From assembly GCA_004292595.1 (NCBI GenBank), contig RDXM01000119.1:1270-65269 (forward strand): 64,000 nt of DNA, written 5' to 3'. Below the pieces are notes generated by a model, which had not been told where the DNA came from, did not search any database, and was given only the letters and a program-made list of their open reading frames with translations. The stretch comes from Candidatus Kapaibacterium sp. (GTDB lineage Bacteria > Bacteroidota > Ignavibacteria > Kapaibacteriales > UBA4661). Each line of letters begins with the position of its first letter. The stretch's first letter is position 1. Below are positions 54,501 to 63,513 of this stretch, piece after piece. A program made the translations under genes and the position numbers.

Positions 54501-54951
54501 GGAAATCGTCGCGCTCAAAAACTACCTCGCTATCGAACAAGTGCGCTTTGAAGAACGCTTGCGTGTGGAAATTGATATTGCTCCCGAAGCAGCAACGGTG
54601 CGGGTTCCGAGCTTTCTTTTGCAGCCACTTGTGGAAAATGCGATTAAGTATGGAATGCGAACAAGCCAAATGCCGCTTCACATCAAGGTTTTGGGCAGTA
54701 TTCGACACAATACAAACGGAAAAACGCTTGTGCTGGAGGTTCTCAATTCTGGTTCGCTGACCATGCCCGAAGGCATCAGCAAGCCAAGCGGCACGGGGAC
54801 TGGTTTGCAGAACATTCGGGAGCGTTTGGAGGTGCTTTTTCCCAAGAAACATCGTGTTTCGTTGGAAGAAATTCGCGCTAAAGAATGTTCGTCAAAAGAG
54901 GCTGAAGTGCGAGGAATGGTGCGCTTTCGCGTGGAAATTGAGGAAGAATAG
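51520..54951 (+). CDS. large sensor histidine kinase: signal peptide, two-component-regulator propeller repeats, Y_Y_Y-like domain, TM helix, LytS/YehU-type His_kinase + HATPase
   Basis: Repeated LWIGT..GL..F/Y units, then a TM helix (WFFVLAAISVITGVWGIF), LRYQLNPHFLFNAL, and a C-terminal ATPase. No LytTR regulator is adjacent. Confidence 0.88.
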   Translation: MFILRRFHAAFLLGFGLICSVSFLCSVSFLFSQSNPPNAPPQQASRLFLQRLPTHPDAPQSLITAILRDKRGFMWFASETGLFRFDGTSYRHFRPFPQKPSFDNAITALHEDDSGGLWLGTTAGLFFFDRRTERINPCTVIPSSSNISALCQSTLSHQQQELLFIAGNDTLYALNPVTMSLAGRLPLKNAITHLLPLSAQNTVIVATLTGVVRVNVQMPPKAKSCVLSIADTILPNASISELCSVSDGRIALGNAAGGVEMYSPQSKQLSHIPTGKNRILALQEDAQGKLWCATAGDGVLILNTINTSTNTAERRPEAALQGRFVSAMAVVRSSSHNPILWLGASDGALYKAEYLPQHFQYIVPDSRSIPQAESLLVLAVFEDSGRTLWLGTQNGLLSYTPASKQWSVFRHNSAKKNTISGNNISCIYEDAKGMLWIGTTGSGLNRYDRKRGIFTAFRNDSTNPASISSNNISCIYEDSRGRLWIGTWINGLNLFNPENSTFTQYRSSPDKISTLSSNSISYIREDRMIADGTLWIGTYEDGVNAFHPTIQAFTRHLNNPANPTSLSSNAVSAIFEQTDGTLWVTTDAGLNKFTRQTQGFTRYGNAEGLPDEPLGSLLGDAEGNLWFTAGTTLYRFRPRTSALQAFPASATQGSNDALFGESAQSERGKDAVRKADALAVQFSPRAYCAASDGSLYFGAGAGVVRVQPATIHMNTSAPPIALTALKKFNNAVELPVSLTEADEIELWYTDNYISFEFAVLGFSATEKYHCRYKLEGFDNNWIDAGARNEAVYTNLDGGEYCFRVQVRAQDGAWSEKASIDKVSQEISVRETSVRETSVRVIVHPPFWQRRWFFVLAAISVITGVWGIFRWRVRSIERKNVQLEGLVSERTSQLQQSYHALEAEQQRTENHASEVQRLNEALNAHNTELSQQTRHAQLEMLRYQLNPHFLFNALISISDLIGEDPKHAVRTMTMLMAYLRYALQPVGLPTTPLSEEIVALKNYLAIEQVRFEERLRVEIDIAPEAATVRVPSFLLQPLVENAIKYGMRTSQMPLHIKVLGSIRHNTNGKTLVLEVLNSGSLTMPEGISKPSGTGTGLQNIRERLEVLFPKKHRVSLEEIRAKECSSKEAEVRGMVRFRVEIEEE
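53997..54037 (+). repeat. about 2.7 x 15-bp in-frame tandem repeat (ATCGGTGCGCGAAAC) encoding SVRETSVRETSVR
   Basis: Read directly. It lies immediately before the TM helix of the large kinase. Confidence 0.9.
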
Positions 54952-54962
54952 AGCAAAAAAAA

Positions 54963-55006
54963 TGAGAGCCTCGCTGACGGCTTTGCGTCAAAAAACAAGG
55001 CTCTCA
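54963..55006. terminator. compound hairpin between convergent genes
   Basis: TGAGAGCC (54963-54970) / GGCTCTCA (54999-55006), with A-runs flanking and inside the loop. Confidence 0.4.
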
Positions 55007-55033
55007 CGCTTGTATTCATCAGGTGTTCAGCCC

Positions 55034-55486
55034 TTAAAAGCGGAAAAGCGGGCGGCTTGCCCACGGAATAGAAACAAAAACAAGCACCATCGCAAGCCCA
55101 AAAAAGATAACAGCCATTTTGTGTTTTGCAAGGTCTGAAGCGGCTTTGCGGACACGTGCCGAGCCGATATGCGCCAGCGCGAGCGCAATCACCATTGCGG
55201 TAATATGCTCCACCGCCCAGAAGCGGAGTTGTGGGTCTTTCATAGCGGCACGGAAGTCAGGAAATACGCCTTGTGTGGTGATGGGGCTGACAAACGCATA
55301 GAGAATCAATCCCAGCAAAAATTGAAGCGTCATGCTGTGGACAAAAATGGCGTTGAAACGGCGTTCATTGGCTGTCCATGGTTTGTTGCCGAGCCATCCC
55401 AGCACACCAAAACCAATCGCGCCAATCGCGCCACCAATGACAAGCCAGCGCAAAAGCGAGTGCGCTGTCAGAAGAATTTCGTGCAT
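55034..55486 (-). CDS. conserved 4-TM membrane protein of unknown function
   Basis: MHEILLTAHSLLRWLVIGGAIGAI... plus three further helices. It resembles an uncharacterised family common in Bacteroidota (from memory only). Confidence 0.55.
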   Translation of the reverse strand: MHEILLTAHSLLRWLVIGGAIGAIGFGVLGWLGNKPWTANERRFNAIFVHSMTLQFLLGLILYAFVSPITTQGVFPDFRAAMKDPQLRFWAVEHITAMVIALALAHIGSARVRKAASDLAKHKMAVIFFGLAMVLVFVSIPWASRPLFRF

Positions 55487-55547
55487 AATCGAAGCAAAAA
55501 AGTGATAAAAAACAATAAATGTAAAAAAATGCTCTTGTCAAAACTAC

Positions 55548-56192
55548 TTACAAAGCAGCCGTAGCGCGGCGCAGAAGCTCTTCTACGTCCATCATGGGCT
55601 TGGTGTCGAAGTGCGCAAATTCCACGCGCCGCTTGCGGACAACCATCGAAACATGAAGCTCGGTTTTCGCGCCATCTTCTTCCGTATAGACCGCACCAAT
55701 GCTTCGCCCGAGCGATTTTGCGGGGTCGAAGGCAAAACTAAAGACGGCGGGGTCGAATTCATATTTTTGAAGCACAACCAAATTTTGTTCTGGCGTGTCG
55801 TCGCTAAAGGCAATGACCTTCACGCGGGCTGATTTCAAGCGGTCTGTGAGCTTTTGTAAGGCGAGAAGCTGCTCAATACAATGCGAACAGCTATAGCCAA
55901 GATAGCGAATGACAATCACGGCGTTTGCGTCCGAGAGTTCTGCGGGCGAAAGTGAGGTTTTATCGGTGTTTTGGAGCAAGGTGGCGGGAAGATTTTTTCC
56001 CGTAAGATTCGCCGCACATTGTTTGTGGTCTTCCGAAGAAGCGTGTTTATGCGGGGTCTGGGCATTCGTAGTTTCTGCAATCGCGCTTGCATCGGCGGGC
56101 TTGGAGAATTTCATAAAATATATCATGGATGCCAAACCCACCGCCACAAGTGCCATTGCGCTTGCAAAGCGTCGAAGAAGTTGCGTAAACAT
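55548..56192 (-). CDS. thioredoxin-fold (redoxin/TlpA-like) protein with membrane anchor
   Basis: CSHC redox motif in YLGYSCSHCIEQL, plus an N-terminal TM helix. Confidence 0.7.
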   Translation of the reverse strand: MFTQLLRRFASAMALVAVGLASMIYFMKFSKPADASAIAETTNAQTPHKHASSEDHKQCAANLTGKNLPATLLQNTDKTSLSPAELSDANAVIVIRYLGYSCSHCIEQLLALQKLTDRLKSARVKVIAFSDDTPEQNLVVLQKYEFDPAVFSFAFDPAKSLGRSIGAVYTEEDGAKTELHVSMVVRKRRVEFAHFDTKPMMDVEELLRRATAAL

Positions 56193-56262
56193 AAAGGAGT
56201 GTGAGAGTTGTATGGGTAAAATTTGTGGGTATTCTGCGGTGCGCGAAGTCTTTGCCGAACGC

Positions 56263-56886
56263 CTAGCGGTGCGGGCTGTGGAGCTTCATTGCAGCGGCAA
56301 TGCCTTGTTCGTTCATATTTTGTGAGGCTTCTAAGTGCGTCATAATGCTGGCGTGGCTTTCGGTATCGCGGTTCTGACTGAGTTTAAATGCTGCTTCTAC
56401 GCGCTCCACAGCAAGCTCAAAGCCCACAATACCACGCAGTTCTTTTTCCAAAAAACGCGGCGAAAGCGCATGAATGCTGTATTCTTCGGGGAGTTCGTAC
56501 TTTTCTGTGAGCTGTTCTACGTTTACCAAAAGTTCCTCGCGCTGAGTAAAGATGCGGGGTGTGCAATAGGCATGAACGGTGAGATAATTCCACGTCGGGA
56601 CGTTTTCGTGATTGTACCAGCGCGGAGAGACGTAACTATGCGCTCCCTGAAAAACGACGAGCGTGGTGCGTCCTTGCTCGAAGAGCTTCCAGTGCGTGTT
56701 TGCTCGTGCTACGTGTCCGTGGAGTGTGCGCTCATGCGCTTCTTTGGCATGAAGAATGAGCGGCAAATGCGACGCAATGGGCGTAGAATCTGCATCGGCG
56801 GTGATAATGGTGGCAAAATTATGTGCCGTGATAAACTCATTGATAACCGCATCGTCGGTGATGCGGAATTGTTCAGGAACATACAT
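56263..56886 (-). CDS. paiB: FMN-binding negative transcriptional regulator (PaiB family)
   Basis: MYVPEQFRITDDAVINEFITAHNFATII... is a typical PaiB N-terminus. Confidence 0.85.
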   Translation of the reverse strand: MYVPEQFRITDDAVINEFITAHNFATIITADADSTPIASHLPLILHAKEAHERTLHGHVARANTHWKLFEQGRTTLVVFQGAHSYVSPRWYNHENVPTWNYLTVHAYCTPRIFTQREELLVNVEQLTEKYELPEEYSIHALSPRFLEKELRGIVGFELAVERVEAAFKLSQNRDTESHASIMTHLEASQNMNEQGIAAAMKLHSPHR

Positions 56887-56910
56887 TGCGCACATTTCCT
56901 TGCAAAAAAT

Positions 56911-56950
56911 TGAAAAATAAAAGCCGCACCAATGAAGTATTGATGCGGCT
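56911..56950 (-). terminator. intrinsic terminator downstream of the desaturase
   Basis: AGCCGCA (56920-56926) / TGCGGCT (56942-56948). On the minus strand it is followed by TTTATTTTTC. Confidence 0.55.
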
Positions 56951-56974
56951 TTGAGAGCATTCTTTTACAAAAAA

Positions 56975-57898
56975 TCACATCATTTCTTCTGCAAGTTCTG
57001 TGGTCTTTTTTGCTGCTTTCGCTTCAGCATTTTTGCGAGAAAACATGGTGTAATCTTGTTGGTTTTTCACCCACGAATCATTGTGCGAATCCAGCAAATG
57101 TGCTGGGACGGGACGCAAATCCCACACTACGCCAATAAGCGAAAAGAACTTGAGCGTGTAGTAGGTGATGTCCAATTCCCACCAAAAAAAGCCATTGCGT
57201 GCTGAGGACTGAAAGCGGTGGTGGTTATTGTGCCAGCCTTCGCCAAGCGTAATGATTGCGAGCCAGAAATTATTGCGGCTCGTGTCGGTTGTTGCGTAGC
57301 GGACTTTGCCCCAGACGTGGGAAAGCGAATTGATAGTAAAGGTGCCGTGCCAGAGCAAAACGGTGCTGATGCACAAGCCCCAAATGAGGCCCGGAAGCCC
57401 CGCAATGAGAAACATACCAATTCCCCAGATTGTCGGCGGAACAAGAAAGTGTTTGTCCATCCAAACAAGCTCTGGAAAGCGCATCAAATCTCGCACGTAG
57501 CGTTCTTCGGTTTTCTCGTGGTCGTCGGAGAGAATCCACCCCACGTGCGACCACCAGAAGCCGTCCTGCGGCGAGTGTACATCGCCTTCTTGGTCGGAAT
57601 GCGCGTGGTGATGACGGTGGTGGGATGCCCACCAAATCACGCCTTTTTGCGCCGAACACATTGCCAAGAATGCTATCAAAAACTGAAACACGCGGCTGGT
57701 CGAATAGGTGCGATGCGAGAAATAGCGGTGATAACCGCCCGTTACTCCAAACATCCGCATAGCATAGCCAACAACTGCTAATGCCACATACCACCACGAA
57801 AATTCTACAAAAAACGCTCCCACACACGCAAGGTGCATGACCCAAAAGGGCCATGTATGCGGTCGGAAGTAATACGAAGCCGAATATGGTTTTGCCAT
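56975..57898 (-). CDS. acyl-CoA (delta-9-type) fatty-acid desaturase
   Basis: Three histidine boxes: HRYFSH, HHRHHHAHSD and HNNHH. Confidence 0.9.
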   Translation of the reverse strand: MAKPYSASYYFRPHTWPFWVMHLACVGAFFVEFSWWYVALAVVGYAMRMFGVTGGYHRYFSHRTYSTSRVFQFLIAFLAMCSAQKGVIWWASHHRHHHAHSDQEGDVHSPQDGFWWSHVGWILSDDHEKTEERYVRDLMRFPELVWMDKHFLVPPTIWGIGMFLIAGLPGLIWGLCISTVLLWHGTFTINSLSHVWGKVRYATTDTSRNNFWLAIITLGEGWHNNHHRFQSSARNGFFWWELDITYYTLKFFSLIGVVWDLRPVPAHLLDSHNDSWVKNQQDYTMFSRKNAEAKAAKKTTELAEEMM

Positions 57899-58290
57899 AA
57901 AGCCCCACCTCGAAAAAAGTACAACAAACAGTTAAAATTGAAATACAAGGAGGGCTTTCGCAAAAGCATTCAACCTGTGCCAGCATCTTGCTGCGTTTCC
58001 CGAACCGTGTCGCCTTGCAAAGCAAAGCATTCCGTCCAACACGAGCCAAAAAGCGAAGCCGCGCCCACAGATAAGGCTGATGCGAAAGTCCTTTCCATGC
58101 CAAAAAGAAAGAATGTTCTTCAAAGAACTGAGTTTGCGTCATTGTTGCAATTTGGGTTGCAACAATTTGAAACGAGCCTACAAAATTACATTTTTTTTGA
58201 AGATTCTCCGCGCCTTTTTTCGGTCTGCTGAGGTAACAAAGACCGTGCGTTTTTGCTCGGCAGAAAGCAGTGAGACCGCAGATGAAAAAA

Positions 58291-58395
58291 TATACTGAAA
58301 AAGGTTTGTTGCTTCAGATGTAGTCCACCTCAAAGGTGGACTACATCTCAACGCCTTCACTTTTTGATATGCAATTTTTACCCATTTTTAGTATA
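58291..58395 (+). mobile_element. family B MITE-like element (B-5), 105 bp
   Basis: TATACTGAAAAAGG...GATGTAGTCCACCT-caa-AGGTGGACTACATC...CCATTTTTAGTATA. Confidence 0.9.
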
Positions 58396-58416
58396 TGATT
58401 ATTGCGGGAGTATGCC

Positions 58417-60366
58417 TTAGCTCGTCCCCGATGTCAGAAACTTCCGCACTTCCGAGCCAGTGCTACAATGGAGCGATTCCCCTGCAAGCTGCTTTGTTTG
58501 AGCAAAGGAAGCCTTGCGAACACGCTTTTTCACTTCCAAGAGCGAACTCGGCGCGACGCTTAATTCCTCAATTCCCAAGCCAATAAGCAGCTCCGTTGCG
58601 GCGGCATGGCTGGCAAATTCACCGCAAACAGCAACAGGAATGTTGTTGAAATGTGCTGCTTCGACAATCATTTTTAAAAGGCGTAAAATAGCAGGATGGA
58701 AGGTATCGTAAATCTGCGTCGTACTCGCATTCATGCGGTCGGTGGCAAGCGTGTATTGCGTCAGATCGTTGGTGCCGATGCTGAAAAAGTCCGCAAGTGC
58801 GCCCAGTTCCCGTGCAATGAGCGCGGCGGCTGGCGTTTCAATCATCGCGCCGACGGGCATTTGCGTATCAAATTCCTCTCCGTTTTCCTTCAATTTCGCT
58901 TTGCATTCTTCCACCCATTGCAAGGCTTTTTGAAACTCCTGCACCGTCGTAATCATCGGCAGCATCAGGCGCACGTTCCGATGGCAGGAGGCGCGAAGAA
59001 TAGCGCGGAGTTGCGCCGTAAAGACTGCTTTATTTTTGAGCAAAAAGCGTAATCCGCGTAGTCCTAGTGCGGGGTTTGGCTCATTGGCAATTAAGCCAAA
59101 GGATTTATCGCTGCCAATATCGAAGGCGCGAAGCGTGATGGGAAGCGGATAGGCGCGTTCGGCAAGTTCTTTGTAAAAGGTTGTTTGTTCGTCTTCGTCG
59201 GGAACAAAATTATGCGTTAAAATCTGCAATTCCGTGCGAATCAGCCCAACGCCTTCTGCGCCAGAAGCTCGCGCCAATTCTATCTCTTCGGGCGAATCAG
59301 CATTGGCAAAAAGGTGGACCTTGCGTCCGTCGCTGGTCTGCGAAGGCAGATGCGCGAGTTTGCCTAATTTTCGTGCATGGTGCGCCAAATCTTCAATGCG
59401 CTGCTCGTAGCGAGAAATCGTGTCGGGAAGCGGGTTTGCGATGATAATTCCTGCATATCCATCAATAATGACCGTGCTGCCCGACTGAATGCGCTTGCAA
59501 ATATTCGCCAAGCCCACCACCGACGGGATGCCGAGCGAGCGAGATAAAATCGCGGCGTGCGAGGTGATGCCGCTTGTTTCTGTGCCGAAAGCGGTCATGC
59601 CGCTTTTGCGAAAAAGCATCACGTCGGAAGGCGTGAGCGATTCGGTAATCACGATGCCTTCCGCCTGCGTGGTGGTAACGGTGTTGCGTCCAGTGAGGAA
59701 ATTAAGCAGACGTTGTTTCACGTTGTCTAAGTCCACCGCTCGCTCGCGGAGATAGGAATCGCTTGCATGGCGCAGAATTGCTTGCTGGCTGTCGAAAACC
59801 TCTTGCACCGCGCTTTCCGCATAGTAGCACTTGCGGACGCGCTGCACAATCATTTCGGCAATGGTCGGGTCGTTCAAAATAAAAAGCTGTGCTTCGAGGA
59901 TTGGTGCGGCAACGGGAGCTTCGTCGTTTGCCATTGTGATAATCCGATGCAGTTCTTGCGTACATTCCTGCACAGCATGAGCAAAGCGCTCAAGCTCAGT
60001 ATCTATGCGCTCTTCAGGGATGAGCGTGTCTTTTATGGCAATAGCTTCGGTCGCAAGAATAACCGCTTTGCCAATGGCAATCCCCGACGATGCGGGAATG
60101 CCCTTGAAACGTTTTTCTTTGCGGTGTTTTTCTTTTTTGTTCGCGGCAGGGGCGGATGCAGGTGGCGGTTCGTCGGAATCTGGCACGGCAGCTTGTTCGA
60201 GAGCGTCTGTGCTGTCGCTATCGTTTGAAAACAAATGAGGATGCTGCTGAGAGGAGGAGTGCGCCATTCTGCTCTGTGGATGATGTGCCGATGCGGGTTT
60301 TCCCTGTTGAAGTAACTCCGAGAAGATGCTGTTTTTTTCAACAAAGTGCAAGAAAAAAATGGGCAA
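58417..60366 (-). CDS. ptsI: phosphoenolpyruvate-protein phosphotransferase (PTS enzyme I) with a low-complexity N-terminal extension of about 85 aa
   Basis: GIPASSGIAIGKA, TSHAAILSRSLGIPSVVG (phospho-His), GTNDLTQY and CGE motifs. Confidence 0.9.
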   Translation of the reverse strand: MPIFFLHFVEKNSIFSELLQQGKPASAHHPQSRMAHSSSQQHPHLFSNDSDSTDALEQAAVPDSDEPPPASAPAANKKEKHRKEKRFKGIPASSGIAIGKAVILATEAIAIKDTLIPEERIDTELERFAHAVQECTQELHRIITMANDEAPVAAPILEAQLFILNDPTIAEMIVQRVRKCYYAESAVQEVFDSQQAILRHASDSYLRERAVDLDNVKQRLLNFLTGRNTVTTTQAEGIVITESLTPSDVMLFRKSGMTAFGTETSGITSHAAILSRSLGIPSVVGLANICKRIQSGSTVIIDGYAGIIIANPLPDTISRYEQRIEDLAHHARKLGKLAHLPSQTSDGRKVHLFANADSPEEIELARASGAEGVGLIRTELQILTHNFVPDEDEQTTFYKELAERAYPLPITLRAFDIGSDKSFGLIANEPNPALGLRGLRFLLKNKAVFTAQLRAILRASCHRNVRLMLPMITTVQEFQKALQWVEECKAKLKENGEEFDTQMPVGAMIETPAAALIARELGALADFFSIGTNDLTQYTLATDRMNASTTQIYDTFHPAILRLLKMIVEAAHFNNIPVAVCGEFASHAAATELLIGLGIEELSVAPSSLLEVKKRVRKASFAQTKQLAGESLHCSTGSEVRKFLTSGTS

Positions 60367-60488
60367 GACAAAAAAGACTGTTTTGTCTGTTATTGTGCAA
60401 GATGCTATTTCCTTTTGGTAGCTGAGAACTTCGTAAATGCTAATGTTGTAGAGGAGAAATCAGCCTCAGGAATTATGCTGGATTTTGC

Positions 60489-60593
60489 TATATTGAAAAA
60501 GGTTTGGTGCTTCAGATGTAGTCCACCTCAAAGGTGGACTACATCTCAACACCTTCACTTTTTGATATGCAATTTTTACCCATTTTTAGTATA
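60489..60593 (+). mobile_element. family B MITE-like element (B-6), 105 bp
   Basis: TATATTGAAAAAGG...GATGTAGTCCACCT-caa-AGGTGGACTACATC...CCATTTTTAGTATA. Confidence 0.9.
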
Positions 60594-60647
60594 ATATTGC
60601 TCCGCGAAATATAACGTATCCTCTCACTATCAAACGCACTGCTGTTT

Positions 60648-63506
60648 ATGAAGTTCTCCCTCAGTTCGTACCTGTTCTCTGCTAGTATGTACGCTCTTTC
60701 TACGATATTCTTGTTTCCAAATTCGACTCTTGCTCAAATCCCTTACAACACTGCAATACAAGATTCTGCTGTCGTTTTCGGACGCTTGCCGAATGGATTT
60801 TCATATTACATTCGCAAAAATGTAAAGCCAGAAAAGCGAGCAGAGATGAGGCTTGTCGTGGATGTTGGATCAATTTACGAGGACGACGACCAGCAAGGAC
60901 TGGCGCACGTGCTGGAGCATCTCGCCTTCAACGGCACAAAAAACTTCCCCAAGCGAGAATTGGTGGGCTTTCTGGAAAGCGTCGGCATGACCTTTGGAGC
61001 GCACACCAACGCCTATACAAGCTGCGAGGAAACAGTGTATCAACTGCAAATTCCGACGAATGATACAAGCGTTGTCCGCAAAGGCGTACAGATTTTGCAG
61101 GAGTGGGCGGAACATATCCGTTTCGATACGCTTGAAACCAACAAAGAGCGTGGCGTGGTTGTAGAGGAATGGCGGCTGCAAGAACAAGGCGTGGTGGGTC
61201 GTTTGCGCCGTCAGACCTTGCCAATTCTTTGGGAAGGACTCATTCACCAAACCCGTTTACCGATTGGCAAAAAAGCAGTCATTGATACCTTTCGTCTTCA
61301 GCGTGTGCGGGATTTTTACGAAACATGGTATCGCCCAAATCGCATGGCTGCTATTATTGTGGGTGATATTGACCCGCGCCTTGTCGAATCTCTGATAAAA
61401 GCTCGCTTTGAGGGAATGCAAGCGCGAGCAAAAGAACAAACCTTCACACAGCCACAGCATATAAAACAACGCTCCGAGCCGCAAATAGCCGTGTTGCTCG
61501 ACAAGGAAATTTCCGCCTCTGCAACAGAACTTATCTGGAAACATGAAATCCATATGCGCACTGATTCCGCCTCGCGTCGCCATGAAATTCTTCGCGCTGT
61601 GTTGGTGAATTTGATGAACAATCGTTTTGCTGATATTTTGCGGAATAACCCCGCACACCCCGTCAATAGGGCGGTTCTGCAAACCGCCACTCAAACACGC
61701 CTATTGAAGACCATTACGCTGAACGTCGAGGCAAAACTTGCCGTTGTTTCTGGCTTTTCGGCTGCCCTCACGGAGGTAGAACGGGTGCGGCGTTTCGGCT
61801 TTTTGGACGCTGAAATACAACGTTTGCGGCGCGGTTTGATTGAAGGCACAGAGCAGCAATATAAACAGCGTGAAAACACGACTTCTGCCGTATTTGCAGA
61901 AATGTATGTCGCACACGCCTTGGGGCAAGGAGCGGTGCGCAGTGCGGCGGAGCAATGCCGCTTGGACAAAGCAATTCTGCAAAGCCTAACAAGCGCAGAA
62001 ATACACGCTTTTACGAAGGAAATGCTCCGTGACTCGAATCAAGTTATTCTTTGCACATATCCTGACCGCGAGGGAATGCGTGTGCCAGAAAAGCAAGAGT
62101 TTCTGGACGTGTTGAAAACTGTCCGCGCCTCAGAACTCGCGCCGTACCGAGAAACCTTTGTCGATGCGCCTTTTCTGGAACACGAGCCGAAAGCTGGAAA
62201 AATTGTCCGCACCGAAACCGTGAAATCGCTTGGCATCACGAAGTGGACGCTCTCCAACGGCGCAAGTGTAATTTTGAAGCCAACGACATGGAACAAAGAA
62301 GAAATCTTGATGCAATGCTTCGCCGAAGGTGGATATTCCGAGCATTTAACGCCAGAAAATTTCCTCGCACTCACCGAAGCCGAGCAAATACAAGCGCCGC
62401 TCACAAGCGGCGTGGGAACACTCTCTGCGGCGGATATTGAGAAAAAATTGGCGGGCATTTCGGTAACGGTCGCACCAGAAATTACGCGCTCCTTTCATGG
62501 ATTCAAGGGCGCGACGCGCCTCACGGATTTGAAAACATATTTTCAGTTCCTCCATGCAGCATTTACGCGCCCTCGCCTTGATACCGCTATCATCCAAGCG
62601 CAGCGATTCTCTAAAGGTCTTGCCGCACAAAATCGTGGTGCCGACCCTGATGCAGTCTTGAGCGATTCGGCATGGTACAATTTTTACAACTATCATTTTA
62701 TCGCAAAACCTAGTAGCAAAGCTGACTTCGACGCTTGGAATCATGCGGGAGTTGGGCTGGATTTTTACAAAGGACGTTTCGCTAACGCAAATGGTATGAC
62801 CTTTGTTTTTGTGGGTGGTTTTGCAGAGCAAGATATGAAGTCATTTGTAGAGCAGTATGTGGCTAGTTTGCCATCATTGCTCACAAAAAAAACGCGGTGG
62901 AACGATATGAACATTCGCTATGCAAAAGGCGTTCGGCGTGAGATATATGCTGGAATTGATGCGAAAAGTAGCGTTATGGTAATGTGGGGCGATACCTGCA
63001 CGTGGTCGCCCGAAAAAGACGCAGTAATGCGGGTTGCGAATGATATTTTGCAAGCAAGTTTGTCGGAATCGTTGCGCGAAGATTCTTCAGGCGTGTACTA
63101 TATTCACAATGAGCTAGAAATGAGCCGCATCCCGCATGAGGACTACACTGCCATCCTCTTTTTCCCGTGCGCACCTGCCCGCGCAAAAGAGCTTGCTCGG
63201 CAAATGTACACTGTGCTTGAAAACCTTGCCAATGCTCGCTTTCCAGACCGCTACTTGAATGACGCAAAGGCAAAACTGCTCGCAACACGCGAAACCGAAC
63301 TCAAAACAAATAGTTTCTGGCAAACAACACTCGTGGAAATGGCGCAACACCGCGATAAACCTGAGTTGCTGCTTGATTTTACAAAACGCATCAATGCCGT
63401 GCAAAAGTCGGATATTGCAGCACTCCTGCGGGCTTGGCTCAAAAAGGAAAATGCGGCGGAATTTATTTTATTGCAAGAGAAGAAAGTAGCTACTCAGAAG
63501 GAATAA
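60648..63506 (+). CDS. M16 (pitrilysin/insulinase) family zinc peptidase, double-length, secreted
   Basis: Inverted zinc motif HVLEHLAF, a downstream E, and a signal peptide. Length 952 aa. Confidence 0.88.
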   Translation: MKFSLSSYLFSASMYALSTIFLFPNSTLAQIPYNTAIQDSAVVFGRLPNGFSYYIRKNVKPEKRAEMRLVVDVGSIYEDDDQQGLAHVLEHLAFNGTKNFPKRELVGFLESVGMTFGAHTNAYTSCEETVYQLQIPTNDTSVVRKGVQILQEWAEHIRFDTLETNKERGVVVEEWRLQEQGVVGRLRRQTLPILWEGLIHQTRLPIGKKAVIDTFRLQRVRDFYETWYRPNRMAAIIVGDIDPRLVESLIKARFEGMQARAKEQTFTQPQHIKQRSEPQIAVLLDKEISASATELIWKHEIHMRTDSASRRHEILRAVLVNLMNNRFADILRNNPAHPVNRAVLQTATQTRLLKTITLNVEAKLAVVSGFSAALTEVERVRRFGFLDAEIQRLRRGLIEGTEQQYKQRENTTSAVFAEMYVAHALGQGAVRSAAEQCRLDKAILQSLTSAEIHAFTKEMLRDSNQVILCTYPDREGMRVPEKQEFLDVLKTVRASELAPYRETFVDAPFLEHEPKAGKIVRTETVKSLGITKWTLSNGASVILKPTTWNKEEILMQCFAEGGYSEHLTPENFLALTEAEQIQAPLTSGVGTLSAADIEKKLAGISVTVAPEITRSFHGFKGATRLTDLKTYFQFLHAAFTRPRLDTAIIQAQRFSKGLAAQNRGADPDAVLSDSAWYNFYNYHFIAKPSSKADFDAWNHAGVGLDFYKGRFANANGMTFVFVGGFAEQDMKSFVEQYVASLPSLLTKKTRWNDMNIRYAKGVRREIYAGIDAKSSVMVMWGDTCTWSPEKDAVMRVANDILQASLSESLREDSSGVYYIHNELEMSRIPHEDYTAILFFPCAPARAKELARQMYTVLENLANARFPDRYLNDAKAKLLATRETELKTNSFWQTTLVEMAQHRDKPELLLDFTKRINAVQKSDIAALLRAWLKKENAAEFILLQEKKVATQKE

Positions 63507-63513
63507 TGCGCCT

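Noticed and set aside
57270-58142. 290-aa minus-strand ORF overlapping the desaturase in another frame and extending upstream
   Set aside because: The desaturase frame carries all three His boxes. This frame gives R/C/L-rich nonsense.
19436-60593. Possibility that the recurring palindromes (families A and B) are a CRISPR array
   Set aside because: The copies are kilobases apart, separated by housekeeping genes, in both orientations, and 78-105 bp long. There is no regular repeat-spacer structure and no cas genes.
60555-60600. Outward-facing sigma-70-like promoter in the family B terminus (TTGATA ... TAGTAT/TATAAT)
   Set aside because: The spacing is 19-22 nt rather than 17. The element occurs in both orientations relative to neighbouring genes. 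The hexamers do not fit the TTG/TAnnTTTG pattern expected for FCB-group primary promoters.
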